This document shows positions 16,842 to 26,585 of a stretch of 45,701 nt of DNA, in pieces (within the stretch, counting starts at the first letter, position 1; the number at the start of each line of letters is the position of its first letter). The stretch is from Candidatus Thorarchaeota archaeon. GTDB taxonomy: Archaea > Asgardarchaeota > Thorarchaeia > Thorarchaeales > Thorarchaeaceae. Both the position numbers and the translations under genes were made by a program. Location of the stretch: positions 1 to 45,701 of the forward strand of contig JBHLRP010000023.1 of assembly GCA_048882485.1 (NCBI GenBank), in the 5' to 3' direction. Below the pieces are notes generated by a model. That model did no database searches. It saw only the letters and a list, made by a program, of their open reading frames with translations, and was not told the DNA's origin.

Positions 16842-19522
16842 TCGTCGTCATCAAATCGCGCTTTGAGATGTTCTAGAGCTGATTTGTAGACAATCTTGGC
16901 TAAATCAGGGTCCAGCCCGCAATTCTTGGCAAACCGGTCTCTGGCGAATCCCGACTTTTTCGCGTCAATATCTCTTCTCACTATATCATTGATTGATCTA
17001 TAGCCGCAATCGAACAGAGTCCTGATCTCGGTTCTGGATAGATGTCTGACCAAAGAAGCGTCTATAGATATCAAAAGGTGGAAGATGTCTGAACCAGCAA
17101 GGTCCTGTCTTACTCCATACCGGAGTTGATTACTAAAGAGTTCGAATCGTCGAGCCAGCTTCCTTCTCCTTGTAGTGTGCAAGAACTCGCTGATACTCCA
17201 TGAGATATTGCTAGAGATGTTCACAAGCGCTTCAAGGTCTCCTTCGCCGATGTCGCTTCCAATGGACTGCCTGCCATCCGAAGCATCCTTTGCAGCCGCC
17301 TCGGTGAGTGCAATTGCGTCCTCTACACTCATTTCGTCAAGCCATCTATACAGAACCGATTTCTTGTAATCATCCCGACGCTGTTTGAACCTGATATACC
17401 TCTCATCTGGTGGATCGAGTTCAGCCAACTTGAGTTCTATATCCGTTGGAATCAGGGCTCTAGGACGGATTCCTTGAGGTAGTCTGAATCGCAGAAGCAT
17501 CTCAATAAACTCAGATTGGTCCGTGTCAGGTCGCATGTCATTCAGAGTTTCTCTTATCGCTAGAAATTCGAGAATGTTCAGCCCGGCACCAACTGCGGCC
17601 TTTGCTTCCTTGCTTATCTTGAATTTGCCATCTTTAGCATCAAGAACCTCTTGCTTAACCAGCCAGTCGAACAACTGCAGAAACATCTCTGTCATGTTCT
17701 CTGCATAGCCTTCATCTACTTGCCCTCTGAAGGTTGCTTCAGCAAACTTGAGGAATCTGGAGAGGGCATCTTCGCGAGTGAATGCTCTCCCTTTGACAGC
17801 CTCCCTCATCATCAGGCTCGCAATAAGTGCTGGATGAAGCTCGCCTGGACGAAGCGGGTCGATGGGTCGATGCAGAAGCGTTTCCTTGAGTGTTTCAACA
17901 TCTCTGAACTGCATTGTTGGCCCATCATACATCAAATAGACTCTTCCCCCGTGCTTGGAGAGATAATATTCGCCGATTCTTCCTGCGATCTGAAGGTATC
18001 GTGACCTAGAAACCAAGAAGTACATCCCCGTTCCGAAGGCAATCATGACACAATCAAATGGGAAGCTAATTCCTGACGTGATGCCTGTAGTGGATACAAC
18101 CGTCTTGACCGTTCCATTCTTGATGCTCCCCTCCAATCGCTCACGCACATCAACATCCAATCCTGCATGATGAAATGCAACGCCATGGACAAGAGTCATC
18201 ATCAGTCTTGAGCTAACTGGCAAGTCCTTCTCCGGTCCTAGTATCAAAGAGATAGTGGAGTCTGAAATTGGTCTAGGATGTACCTGTGCCATGTATTCTG
18301 CTATGCCCTCGGCTGCATCACGTGTTCCTACAACAATGAGCACTGCACGCTCTCGGTAATCTTCCATATGTTCGATTATTGCGTTGATAGGTGAATCTGT
18401 CTTGAAGGTGCTGCGCTGAGTTCCATCGCTGCTCTCGATGACCATACCTTCTTCCTCTTCACTAACGATGAACTCATCTGGAGTCAGACGCACACTTGGC
18501 CTAAATACGGTGGCGTCAAGCCAGTCTGCAATCTCGCTGGTTCTGCCAAACCGGGAGGACAATGTGATTAGCTGCGTTCTGTCTTTCAATTGGGTGATTA
18601 GGCAGTCCAGCTTGGTGCTTCTATCCATTCCGAGACTATGTGGCTCCTTTCTGATTACTGCAGAGTCAAGTTCGGTAAGCTCGTCAATCACAGCGAGTCC
18701 AATTTCATCAGTCCAGGATTTCCCCTCCAAAACAGCAGAGAGGGATGACTCAAGGACTGACACAATTAGCCCGGCGTTTAGCAGGTCCGAATCTGTTGCT
18801 CTATGAGACCCGTCGTGCCTTACAACGGAGTATCCAAGGTTCTCAAACAACTCTCGGTATTCATCGATGACCTGAGTGTTCAATGAAGTATATGGAGTCA
18901 GATATAGACATTTCACTCCTCTTTGAAGCCTGATTAGAATGGCAATCATTGCGAGGAAGGTCTTCCCAGAACCTGGAGGCATCTGAATTACGAGGTTGCT
19001 ATCAACAGCTCCAACCTCTTTCAGAAACTTCTCTTGTGCAGGCAACAGTCTTGTGAAGTTCTTATGTTTCAGGAGGACTTTCGCGGCCTTCTGGATCTCT
19101 GTATCAATGGCCGTTGGACCCCGCATTCCGGCGATTGCAGAGAGTGCGAGGCGTCCTTCATGAGTGATTGTGAATCTTCTATTCTTCCTTCCTCTTTCAC
19201 CAATAGTATTGACAAAGCCAACTTTGGCGAGCTTGTTCATTGTTTCATACAATGTTCCGCCAGAAACAAATCGCTGACGTTTCTCTTGATAGTCTGCCTC
19301 CTCCTGAGACTTGCCGCCAGCTGGGCTCGGATCTGGCTTGTGGAATCCTTTCAGTTCTAGTACGCCGTCGACTATGCCATCCCATCCGAGACTTGGAATT
19401 ATATCACCCGTCTTAGGACTCAAGACCTGCAGTATCTCTACTGCGTATCTGTTGCCTAGAGCTTTGAGCTGCTCTTGTAGCTTTGCTACTCGCTCATCAT
19501 CCAGACTCTGTTTAGACATCAC
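16838..19522 (-). CDS. Ski2/Hel308-like SF2 helicase with N-terminal winged-helix domain
   Basis: Q motif LLPAQ, Walker A PPGSGKT, Walker B IDEL, GVAFHHAGL and QIAGRIG. N-terminus is ArsR/PadR-like (LKALGN..ILQVL; LYETMNKL..GFV..FTITHEG). Confidence 0.85.
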   Translation of the reverse strand: MMSKQSLDDERVAKLQEQLKALGNRYAVEILQVLSPKTGDIIPSLGWDGIVDGVLELKGFHKPDPSPAGGKSQEEADYQEKRQRFVSGGTLYETMNKLAKVGFVNTIGERGRKNRRFTITHEGRLALSAIAGMRGPTAIDTEIQKAAKVLLKHKNFTRLLPAQEKFLKEVGAVDSNLVIQMPPGSGKTFLAMIAILIRLQRGVKCLYLTPYTSLNTQVIDEYRELFENLGYSVVRHDGSHRATDSDLLNAGLIVSVLESSLSAVLEGKSWTDEIGLAVIDELTELDSAVIRKEPHSLGMDRSTKLDCLITQLKDRTQLITLSSRFGRTSEIADWLDATVFRPSVRLTPDEFIVSEEEEGMVIESSDGTQRSTFKTDSPINAIIEHMEDYRERAVLIVVGTRDAAEGIAEYMAQVHPRPISDSTISLILGPEKDLPVSSRLMMTLVHGVAFHHAGLDVDVRERLEGSIKNGTVKTVVSTTGITSGISFPFDCVMIAFGTGMYFLVSRSRYLQIAGRIGEYYLSKHGGRVYLMYDGPTMQFRDVETLKETLLHRPIDPLRPGELHPALIASLMMREAVKGRAFTREDALSRFLKFAEATFRGQVDEGYAENMTEMFLQLFDWLVKQEVLDAKDGKFKISKEAKAAVGAGLNILEFLAIRETLNDMRPDTDQSEFIEMLLRFRLPQGIRPRALIPTDIELKLAELDPPDERYIRFKQRRDDYKKSVLYRWLDEMSVEDAIALTEAAAKDASDGRQSIGSDIGEGDLEALVNISSNISWSISEFLHTTRRRKLARRFELFSNQLRYGVRQDLAGSDIFHLLISIDASLVRHLSRTEIRTLFDCGYRSINDIVRRDIDAKKSGFARDRFAKNCGLDPDLAKIVYKSALEHLKARFDDDD

Positions 19523-19639
19523 TATTACTCATTGATGCCGAGAGGGAGTATAAATGTTGTTCACCAAAGACGGGGCGTCATAATACTCGGTCTTTTCTTA
19601 GTATGATTATCCCATGCAATAGACATGAGGTGAATCAAG

Positions 19640-20041
19640 TTGAGATTCTTGTCTAGACTCAAGAGTAAGGATGTCACAACCCCAACTGAGACCGAGACCA
19701 AGCCGAAATATCCTGGGCTCGGAATCTTCTCTCCTGTTATGGATAACTCAGAAATTGACCCGACACGCGACTGCAGAAGACTAGCTGAATTGGAGTCCAT
19801 TTTTGTCAGGTCAAAACGCCTCGCCTCTCTTGAAGACGTACCATATATTGTGAATCAGATTCGCCAAGGGAACATAGTACTGCTTGATATATCTCGGCTA
19901 AGTGACGGAAAAGAAAAGACACACCTCGAACTAAAACGAATCATAGAGCGAGTTCGAGGAGAAACTCGTATCTATCAGGCTGATATTGCTTTGGTCAATG
20001 ATACATGCGTAATTGTCGCTCCATCATTTGTCAAGCTCTAA
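19640..20041 (+). CDS. sepF: Cell division protein SepF
   Basis: SLEDV..IV.QIRQGNIVLLDI and DIALV...VIVAPSFVKL match the archaeal SepF core. N-terminus is amphipathic. Confidence 0.8.
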   Translation: MRFLSRLKSKDVTTPTETETKPKYPGLGIFSPVMDNSEIDPTRDCRRLAELESIFVRSKRLASLEDVPYIVNQIRQGNIVLLDISRLSDGKEKTHLELKRIIERVRGETRIYQADIALVNDTCVIVAPSFVKL

Positions 20042-20043
20042 TG

Positions 20044-21957
20044 CTATCGGAGCTTGATGCTCTCCGTGACGCTGAGGGCCTTGGTATCGATATTTAGAGC
20101 CTTATGAACGGTTGATGCCAGATTCAGGCATTTCGTTGCCTCTCCATGGCAGGTGAGGACTCTTTCTGGAGCAGGATTAACACGTTTCACGAAATTGAGG
20201 ATCTGTTTCCTGTCTGAGTGCCCAGAGAATCCCTCGACAGTAGCCACCTCCAGATTTACTGGAACTATGACCTGTTGTCCATCGCGATTTCTCATCGGAA
20301 TCTCTTTCCAGCCTTTCTGGATTCTACTACCAAGCGTCTGAGGGCTCTGATAGCTCACAAAGCATAGCGTATTCTTTTCATCAGGTGCCAGTAGTCTGAA
20401 GTACTCAACACTTGGTCCTCCTGCCAACATTCCAGACGTGGCCATTATGACACAAGGCTCTCCTTCCACTATCTCCTCGCGCTGCTCATGGCTGTCAACT
20501 TGCACGAATATCTCGTTGAGGAATGGATTGATTCCTTGGTGAAAGATCATCTCACGGATTTTCTTGCTTAGCGCTTCTGGGTGAGTAGTGTGTATCGCCG
20601 TCGCCTGGGCAATCATTCCCTCGATGTATACTGGTATCTTAGGAATCCGTTTCTTTGTTACAAGGTCTTCCAAGACCAACATGATTTCCTGTGCCCGACC
20701 CACTGCAAGGACTGGAATCAGGACTTTGCCGCCTCGTTCTACCGTTCTTTTGATGATTGATGCAAACTTGCGTTCCACTTCCTGCCGTGGTGGCATCTTG
20801 TCTGTCGGATGGCCATATGTGCTCTCGACTATGAGGGTTTCAAGGCGCGGAAACGTAAAGGTAGCAGGCTCAAGCAATCGTGTTCGCCCAAACTTGAAGT
20901 CACCTGTGTAGGCCAGGTTGTACTGGCCGTCTCCAATGTGAAGGTGGACAATTGCAGAACCAAGAATGTGTCCTGCATTATGGAGGGTGAGTCGCACATC
21001 AGGTGCTATGTCAGTGACTTCACCATAGTTCAATGTCACTGTGTGAAGGATTGCCTCCTTGACATCTCTATCTCGATAGGGTCTAAGCTTTCCTTCTCTC
21101 TCAGCTACGTCAAGATAGTCTAGCTGGAGAAGCGTGGCTAGATTCAGAGTGGGTGCAGTCATATAGACTGGTCCCCTGTAGCCATACTTGTAGAGAAAGG
21201 GGACCATTCCACAATGGTCAAGGTGAGCGTGAGTGACTATTACCGCGTCCAGCTCATCGAGATTGAATTCGGGCATATCCAGACGTGGATAAGCTTTACT
21301 TGGTGTCCCAACATTCACACCGCACTCGATGAGTATGTTACTCTCTGATGTCTGCAAGAACATACTCTGTCTACCGACCTCTTTGAAGCCACCAAATGCA
21401 GTGAGTCGAATCCATCCATTGTTCAACAGAGGGGGGCGATGGATTCTCCTTCCGATATCTCTGAAAATCTTGTTTCGGTAGGCTGCCTCTGACTGAACTA
21501 TGTAGCGAATCTGTTTGATAAGTTTGCTTTCAATAGGAGGCGTTCTCATGACGCTTGGTCGCCAGAATGTTCTTCTTGTTATCTCTCGGAGAGTAGAACC
21601 ACTCCTGCCAATTACAAGTCCAGGTTTTTGTGCCTCAATGATGACCTCGCCTCTTGATACATCGAAGTCAATCGATGTGATTTCAGCATCTGCAGGCACC
21701 AGATTCTTGATCGCCTCTTCTGCCTCTTCATGGCCTACTCTGACTTCTGGAGCAGACCTGACAACAAGACGTTTTCGCATCTTGCGGGCCAAAGCCTTGA
21801 TCTTATCTCCATCATCCAAGAGAATCTTGGGCGCTTTTGAGTAGATGGCAATTTCAGGCCCTTCATACTCAACGGAAGTCACCGCTGCTGAACGGGGGAG
21901 TGCTTTCTTAACACTCTCTCGAATATCGACATGTTCTGTTTTTTCGGCAGAAGTCAT
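20044..21957 (-). CDS. fttA: beta-CASP ribonuclease aCPSF1 (transcription termination factor FttA)
   Basis: Two N-terminal KH domains (EGPEI, KPGLVIGRSG), THAHLDH, AGHILGS, GFSGHSD and HGE; 637 aa. Confidence 0.95.
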   Translation of the reverse strand: MTSAEKTEHVDIRESVKKALPRSAAVTSVEYEGPEIAIYSKAPKILLDDGDKIKALARKMRKRLVVRSAPEVRVGHEEAEEAIKNLVPADAEITSIDFDVSRGEVIIEAQKPGLVIGRSGSTLREITRRTFWRPSVMRTPPIESKLIKQIRYIVQSEAAYRNKIFRDIGRRIHRPPLLNNGWIRLTAFGGFKEVGRQSMFLQTSESNILIECGVNVGTPSKAYPRLDMPEFNLDELDAVIVTHAHLDHCGMVPFLYKYGYRGPVYMTAPTLNLATLLQLDYLDVAEREGKLRPYRDRDVKEAILHTVTLNYGEVTDIAPDVRLTLHNAGHILGSAIVHLHIGDGQYNLAYTGDFKFGRTRLLEPATFTFPRLETLIVESTYGHPTDKMPPRQEVERKFASIIKRTVERGGKVLIPVLAVGRAQEIMLVLEDLVTKKRIPKIPVYIEGMIAQATAIHTTHPEALSKKIREMIFHQGINPFLNEIFVQVDSHEQREEIVEGEPCVIMATSGMLAGGPSVEYFRLLAPDEKNTLCFVSYQSPQTLGSRIQKGWKEIPMRNRDGQQVIVPVNLEVATVEGFSGHSDRKQILNFVKRVNPAPERVLTCHGEATKCLNLASTVHKALNIDTKALSVTESIKLR

Positions 21958-22070
21958 TCTAAAGTCACTTCACAAATACTCCCTTTTGGCTACTGAAACA
22001 TCCAGTGCCCAAAGGGGGACACTGTTTCACCAGTGTTGTTCGCACGGTGCGAACCATACAAACTCAGTCA

Positions 22071-22712
22071 CTATTTCTTCCAAATCTTCAGGATTTTCTC
22101 TGCAGGCAGTTCCTGGTACCCATCTTTGTCTATTACGCTGACAAGAATGTTGTTTCCTGTGGCAGCATCTCTCTCTATAGCAAAGGCGATTGCGCGCACA
22201 GCCAGTTCGATGGCTTTTGCCTTGGGGAGATTCTCCTTGTATTCTGCTTCTAGAACACCGAGTGCAACTGGGGAGCCCGAACCTGTGGCTACGTACTTGT
22301 CGGTAAGCACAGAGCCAATGAAGTCATGATAGTAGACCTGTGAGCCGTCCTCATCAAAGCCTCCCACAACACAGCCTAACATGTAGTAGCCGCGTCCTGA
22401 GAACAGAATGTTGCTCAATAGACGAGTCAAGGCCTTCACTCGCATCGGTCGACCGCGCTGAATCTCAAATAGCTTGGCTTCTGCCTTAAGCAGATCCATG
22501 ATATTCTGCGCATCGGCTACCGACCCTGCGATTGTAGCACCAATTCGGTCGGTTATCTTGTAAATCTTCTTTGCAGTCTTATTAGCGATTAGAAAGCCCA
22601 TTGTGGCTCTCGTATCGCTAGCCAGGACTGTGCAGTCCTTGGCCGTTAGACCTACAGTTGTGGTTCCGGTTTTCAGTTGATCAGGTGCCTGCGTTGGTTG
22701 TTCCATGTTCAT
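22071..22712 (-). CDS. psmB: Proteasome beta subunit
   Basis: Propeptide + KTG|TTTVG, GSVADAQ, ATGSGS and RDAATG; adjacent to aCPSF1 as usual in archaea. Confidence 0.96.
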   Translation of the reverse strand: MNMEQPTQAPDQLKTGTTTVGLTAKDCTVLASDTRATMGFLIANKTAKKIYKITDRIGATIAGSVADAQNIMDLLKAEAKLFEIQRGRPMRVKALTRLLSNILFSGRGYYMLGCVVGGFDEDGSQVYYHDFIGSVLTDKYVATGSGSPVALGVLEAEYKENLPKAKAIELAVRAIAFAIERDAATGNNILVSVIDKDGYQELPAEKILKIWKK

Positions 22713-22808
22713 TGAACTCCCTGTATGCAGATTAAAGCAGGAGAACTAGTGACAGAATCGAGGTTCGAATTTCTTTTTAAAAACGTTTCTAAGTGGTGTA
22801 AAAGCGGC

Positions 22809-23630
22809 CTAACCACTAGATGCGTCCTCTCTTGGTGGAGGTTCGGGTCGCTCATAGGTCACAACCATCTTCACTTTCTCAGCATTGGGGATGACCTTCA
22901 AGGCATCCATTGCGACGCCAATCTCAGCATATTGGAAGTCCTGGATGTAGCGTGATTCCTTTGGAAACTCGATTGTAATGGTCTTCCCTTTTATTGTCAC
23001 CGAATACTTGTCTGGAGGCACCCCTGGGAGTCTTCTCTTGAGAACAGCCATGATCTTGTCGTTCGGGTCGCTGACTATTCCCTTTACCGTCACGTCGAAT
23101 ACAAGGGTCTTTCCAGCCAATGGCGGATTGAAATCGAGTATCGCAGTCCTCCCCAGAACTTGGGTTATGACTCCCTGCTCTCTCCCTACTGTGACCCTCT
23201 CGCCCTTTTGAATCCGGACTCCCTGTTTCTCAAGACGCATCTTCGCAATCTTCTTCACAAGTGAGGGGTCTCGCTTTCCCGCACCGCGCTCTGGAGGGAC
23301 GCTTATTGTCTTATTCTCATCGACCTTCATGCCAACTAACGCTTCTTCAATGGCCTCTAGCAACCAGTTTGAACCAACAGCCACAAGGATTGGCTCATAG
23401 CGGTCCTTTTCGCTGTAAAGATTTTCTGCTTTTGCGACCTCCTCAAGCGTAAGATCGAAGATCATGCCGTCATCCTTAGTTCTCGCGACATAGTCTACGT
23501 ATATCAGACTGCCTTCCTTGACAGTAGATTCCTTCTTCTTCGGAGCAGATTTTTTGGCAGTCTTCTTTGGTGCCGCTTTCTTTTTGGTGGCCTTCTTGGC
23601 TGCTGTCTTCTTAGGCTTCTTCTCAGACAT
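22809..23630 (-). CDS. Long-type archaeal FKBP peptidyl-prolyl isomerase with Lys/Ala-rich N-terminal extension
   Basis: VDYV, IFDLT, IEEALVGM and DFNPPLAGKTLVFDV motifs plus a C-terminal domain. Confidence 0.9.
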   Translation of the reverse strand: MSEKKPKKTAAKKATKKKAAPKKTAKKSAPKKKESTVKEGSLIYVDYVARTKDDGMIFDLTLEEVAKAENLYSEKDRYEPILVAVGSNWLLEAIEEALVGMKVDENKTISVPPERGAGKRDPSLVKKIAKMRLEKQGVRIQKGERVTVGREQGVITQVLGRTAILDFNPPLAGKTLVFDVTVKGIVSDPNDKIMAVLKRRLPGVPPDKYSVTIKGKTITIEFPKESRYIQDFQYAEIGVAMDALKVIPNAEKVKMVVTYERPEPPPREDASSG

Positions 23631-23696
23631 GCAAATCCCTCTCGCTTCTCTCGCCAGTGGATATGGGTTTCATAAAAAGGTGTCCGTGCGGTCCTC

Positions 23697-24281
23697 TCAT
23701 ACGGTTCCACGCAATACACGTATTGATTCAAAGAACAGTTTCGCTTCTGCTATAATATTGACCTGAAGTCCCTGCGATCTCATGAAGTCTGAAACACGCT
23801 TGATATCTGCCAGACTTGATACAACAACGTAGATTCGTCCATTCTCTTCAAGATGCGAGATTGCCTGAAGGATGAACCTCTCAGTGAGTTCCACCCCACT
23901 ACTGCCTCCCACAAGCGCATGGTCCATGTCCGTCACGACCCTGTCCTGAGGAAGGTAGGGTGGATTGAATGCGATGACAGAGAATCTTGCATCTTTTGCT
24001 ATAGCGCCAAGAAGATCAGACTGAATGACGATGCACGGTATATCCACCAAATTGCCCTTCAGGTTCCGGTGCGTGTTCCTGACAGCTTCTAATGACAGAT
24101 CAGTCGCTACCACCGTCTTGGCGACTTCGGCAGCAGCCACAGAAATCAGGCCCGCTCCACATCCAACTTCCAGGAATGTATCATCACGCATCAGTTCTAT
24201 AGCATCTAGCAGAAGGTAGGTGTCTTCAGAAGGTGGATAAACACCTTCGTCTATCTCTACCATCTTGTCATTGTACTTCAA
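23697..24281 (-). CDS. HemK2/Mtq2-family N5-glutamine methyltransferase
   Basis: VYPPSEDTYLL, LEVGCGAG and FNPPYLP. Confidence 0.92.
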   Translation of the reverse strand: MKYNDKMVEIDEGVYPPSEDTYLLLDAIELMRDDTFLEVGCGAGLISVAAAEVAKTVVATDLSLEAVRNTHRNLKGNLVDIPCIVIQSDLLGAIAKDARFSVIAFNPPYLPQDRVVTDMDHALVGGSSGVELTERFILQAISHLEENGRIYVVVSSLADIKRVSDFMRSQGLQVNIIAEAKLFFESIRVLRGTV

Positions 24282-25156
24282 CCGGTATTCCCTCTTGGGT
24301 CTGGGATTTGGCCTTCCTCTATCAAATCAAGGATTATGTCAGCCAAGATGATGATTTTCTCCTGATTCAGCACTCTGAGTCGTTCTGTGCCCTCCACAGT
24401 CCCTGCTGTCCTTCCAATGATGTCGTCAGCCAATTTTCTTTCTAGTTTCAAGTTCTTCATCCAAATTCTGAGGGCTTTTCTGAGCACCTTGTTTGGGTAG
24501 GAATAGATGCCGTGAACCAGCCAGAACAGTATCCTTTTGTCCTGAGCAAAGGAGCCCTCTTGACGGACTTCCACTCTCACAACCGTTGAATCGACAGCAG
24601 GAATTGGGTAGAAATCAGTTGCTGGGACTTGCATTACCTCTTTTATACTGGCCAAATATTGAGCATCAACTGAGAGTCTAGAGTAGTTGGAACTCCCAGG
24701 CTCTGCAATCAGTCTCTGAGCAAACTCACTCTGATACATGAGAATTGCAAACTCAAACTTGACCTCCTCCAGCAGTCTGAATGTAATCGGCGAAGAGATG
24801 CTATACGGAAGATTCGATACCACTCTGTCAACCTCAGGAAGGTCCACTGTGAGTGCATCGCCTTGGATGATATCGACATTTGAGTAGTTTACCAATATTT
24901 CTCGAAGTGCTAGGACTAGTCTTTTGTCAACTTCAACGACATAGACTTTGCCTGCACTTTCTGCTAGTCTCTCAGACAACATACCAAGGCCACCACCGAT
25001 CTCAAGGACAGTAGTGTCTGAGTCAAGATTGGCACTCTCAATGATTTTTAGAGATGTGGCAGGATTGACCAAGAAGCTTTGACCTAGATTCTTATCTGGA
25101 GTGACGTTGAATTTGCGAAGAAGAGAGCGGATGCGTTCTTCGGTCAGGAGTCTCAC
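24278..25156 (-). CDS. rsmA: 16S rRNA m6,2A dimethyltransferase KsgA/Dim1
   Basis: LGQSFL, LEIGGGLG, VSNLPYSISS, YSRLSV and FYPIPAVDS. The likely GTG start at 25156 overlaps the DUF655 stop. Confidence 0.95.
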   Translation of the reverse strand: MRLLTEERIRSLLRKFNVTPDKNLGQSFLVNPATSLKIIESANLDSDTTVLEIGGGLGMLSERLAESAGKVYVVEVDKRLVLALREILVNYSNVDIIQGDALTVDLPEVDRVVSNLPYSISSPITFRLLEEVKFEFAILMYQSEFAQRLIAEPGSSNYSRLSVDAQYLASIKEVMQVPATDFYPIPAVDSTVVRVEVRQEGSFAQDKRILFWLVHGIYSYPNKVLRKALRIWMKNLKLERKLADDIIGRTAGTVEGTERLRVLNQEKIIILADIILDLIEEGQIPDPRGNTG

Positions 25157-25749
25157 CTGGGTCGTTCTCTTTCGTCGTCGCGTCTGGGAGGCCTTACAAA
25201 CAGCCAACGTTTGACGTCCTCTTTGAGTTCGTCGATGATCCTAGCCGTGAGTACCTTCTTCGGGTTCTGAAGCTTGGTTCTGGCAGCTATATCTTCAAAA
25301 CTCTTGAACGGTTCTTTTTTCCTCTCATCCAACAGTGCCCACATCAATGTCTGACCGATTCCTGGCAATAGCTGAAGGGAATGGAGTCTTGTGGTTATGG
25401 GTGCCGCTTCGTTGAAGAATTGGACATACTTGTGTTCATGTTTGGTCACGATAATCTCCACAACCAGAGGAAGTTCAGATTCACTCTCCGGCGCTAAGTC
25501 CTCATAGAAGATTCGACGTTTTATGTGATCTATCTTGCTTCGTGTGTCCCTCTCGATAGAAAGACGTTCTTGAGGATGAAGGTTAGCTCCCCGATGTGGC
25601 ACCATTTCCAACAGTGTGAAGAATGACTCGCCTACTCCTTGTACAATAGTTTCACTTCTGGGCCTAGAGTCGCGGAGATACATTTTCGGAGAAACGACTG
25701 ACAAGACATATGCATGTGTTTCAAATGTTCTGTCTTGTTGTCCTTCCAT
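25153..25749 (-). CDS. DUF655 putative nucleic-acid-binding protein
   Basis: QGVGE.FFTLLE, FFNEA.PITTRLHSLQLLPGIG and PFKSFEDI; sits in the conserved rpoF-DUF655-ksgA order. Confidence 0.92.
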   Translation of the reverse strand: MEGQQDRTFETHAYVLSVVSPKMYLRDSRPRSETIVQGVGESFFTLLEMVPHRGANLHPQERLSIERDTRSKIDHIKRRIFYEDLAPESESELPLVVEIIVTKHEHKYVQFFNEAAPITTRLHSLQLLPGIGQTLMWALLDERKKEPFKSFEDIAARTKLQNPKKVLTARIIDELKEDVKRWLFVRPPRRDDERERPR

Positions 25750-25852
25750 TTCATTTCACATCCGGCTCTGTGAGGCCACATCATTATGCAATAGTCTGTT
25801 CTGAACGGATAAAAAGTGTTACTTCAAGGTGATTGAGGAACCGCGAAAGGAG

Positions 25853-26188
25853 TTAAGATACAATTTTCTTTACAATGTCCACTATCTCGCCGATTTGCTC
25901 ATCAGTTATATCAGTGGACCTCGCATCCAAGATGGTTCTCATTTCTTCAGGAGTTGTGGGGGCAATATTCACCACCTGGACGGCCTGTGCCCGAGTAAGA
26001 TTGAAGCTCTTCATCAGACGGACCAGGAGCTTATCTGCAACCGCTGGAGCCATCTTTGAGAAACCAGAGGCATGCTCTAGAGTGATATTCTGTTGGAAAG
26101 ACAGTTCACTCTCTTTTGCCCTCTGTGAGAGCAGCTTCTTCACCCTCGGAAGAGTGACCTCCTCCTCACTGACAATTTCCTTGGGCAT
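25853..26188 (-). CDS. rpoF: RNA polymerase subunit Rpo4 (RpoF)
   Basis: ELSFQQ..LEHA..FSK and AVQVVNIAPTT.EE.R.I; synteny with rpl21e. Confidence 0.92.
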   Translation of the reverse strand: MPKEIVSEEEVTLPRVKKLLSQRAKESELSFQQNITLEHASGFSKMAPAVADKLLVRLMKSFNLTRAQAVQVVNIAPTTPEEMRTILDARSTDITDEQIGEIVDIVKKIVS

Positions 26189-26194
26189 CTTCCA

Positions 26195-26491
26195 TCAACC
26201 TCTACTTGGTTGGAGATGATCGGGTCGGATGATGAGAGTCCTTGTCGAATTGCCGAGCTTGACGTCGACAATGATTCCTCGACCCCGCTTTCCCATGACC
26301 ACGCCGGTTCTCCCATGATATCTGCGATGCGGCATACCTTTGTGCACACTAGGATTGATGACTATGTCTACACGTTGGCCTACCTCATAATCAACGAGCA
26401 ATCCGCTCAGCGAGCTAATCCCGCGCTGCCGCACTCTCTTGCTCATCAGACTTCGCGTTCTAGCACGGTAGCCGTGACTCTTTTTGACCAT
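26195..26491 (-). CDS. rpl21e: 50S ribosomal protein L21e
   Basis: SHGYRARTR and INPSVHKGMPHRRYHGRTG. Confidence 0.97.
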   Translation of the reverse strand: MVKKSHGYRARTRSLMSKRVRQRGISSLSGLLVDYEVGQRVDIVINPSVHKGMPHRRYHGRTGVVMGKRGRGIIVDVKLGNSTRTLIIRPDHLQPSRG

Positions 26492-26585
26492 GGGACATCA
26501 TCTTACTGAAATCTGTACCTCGGCACACCTGAAGTCAACTGGTCACCCGAGGTCCAGCATCTCCTCTAGGGTCGCCACTTAAGGA

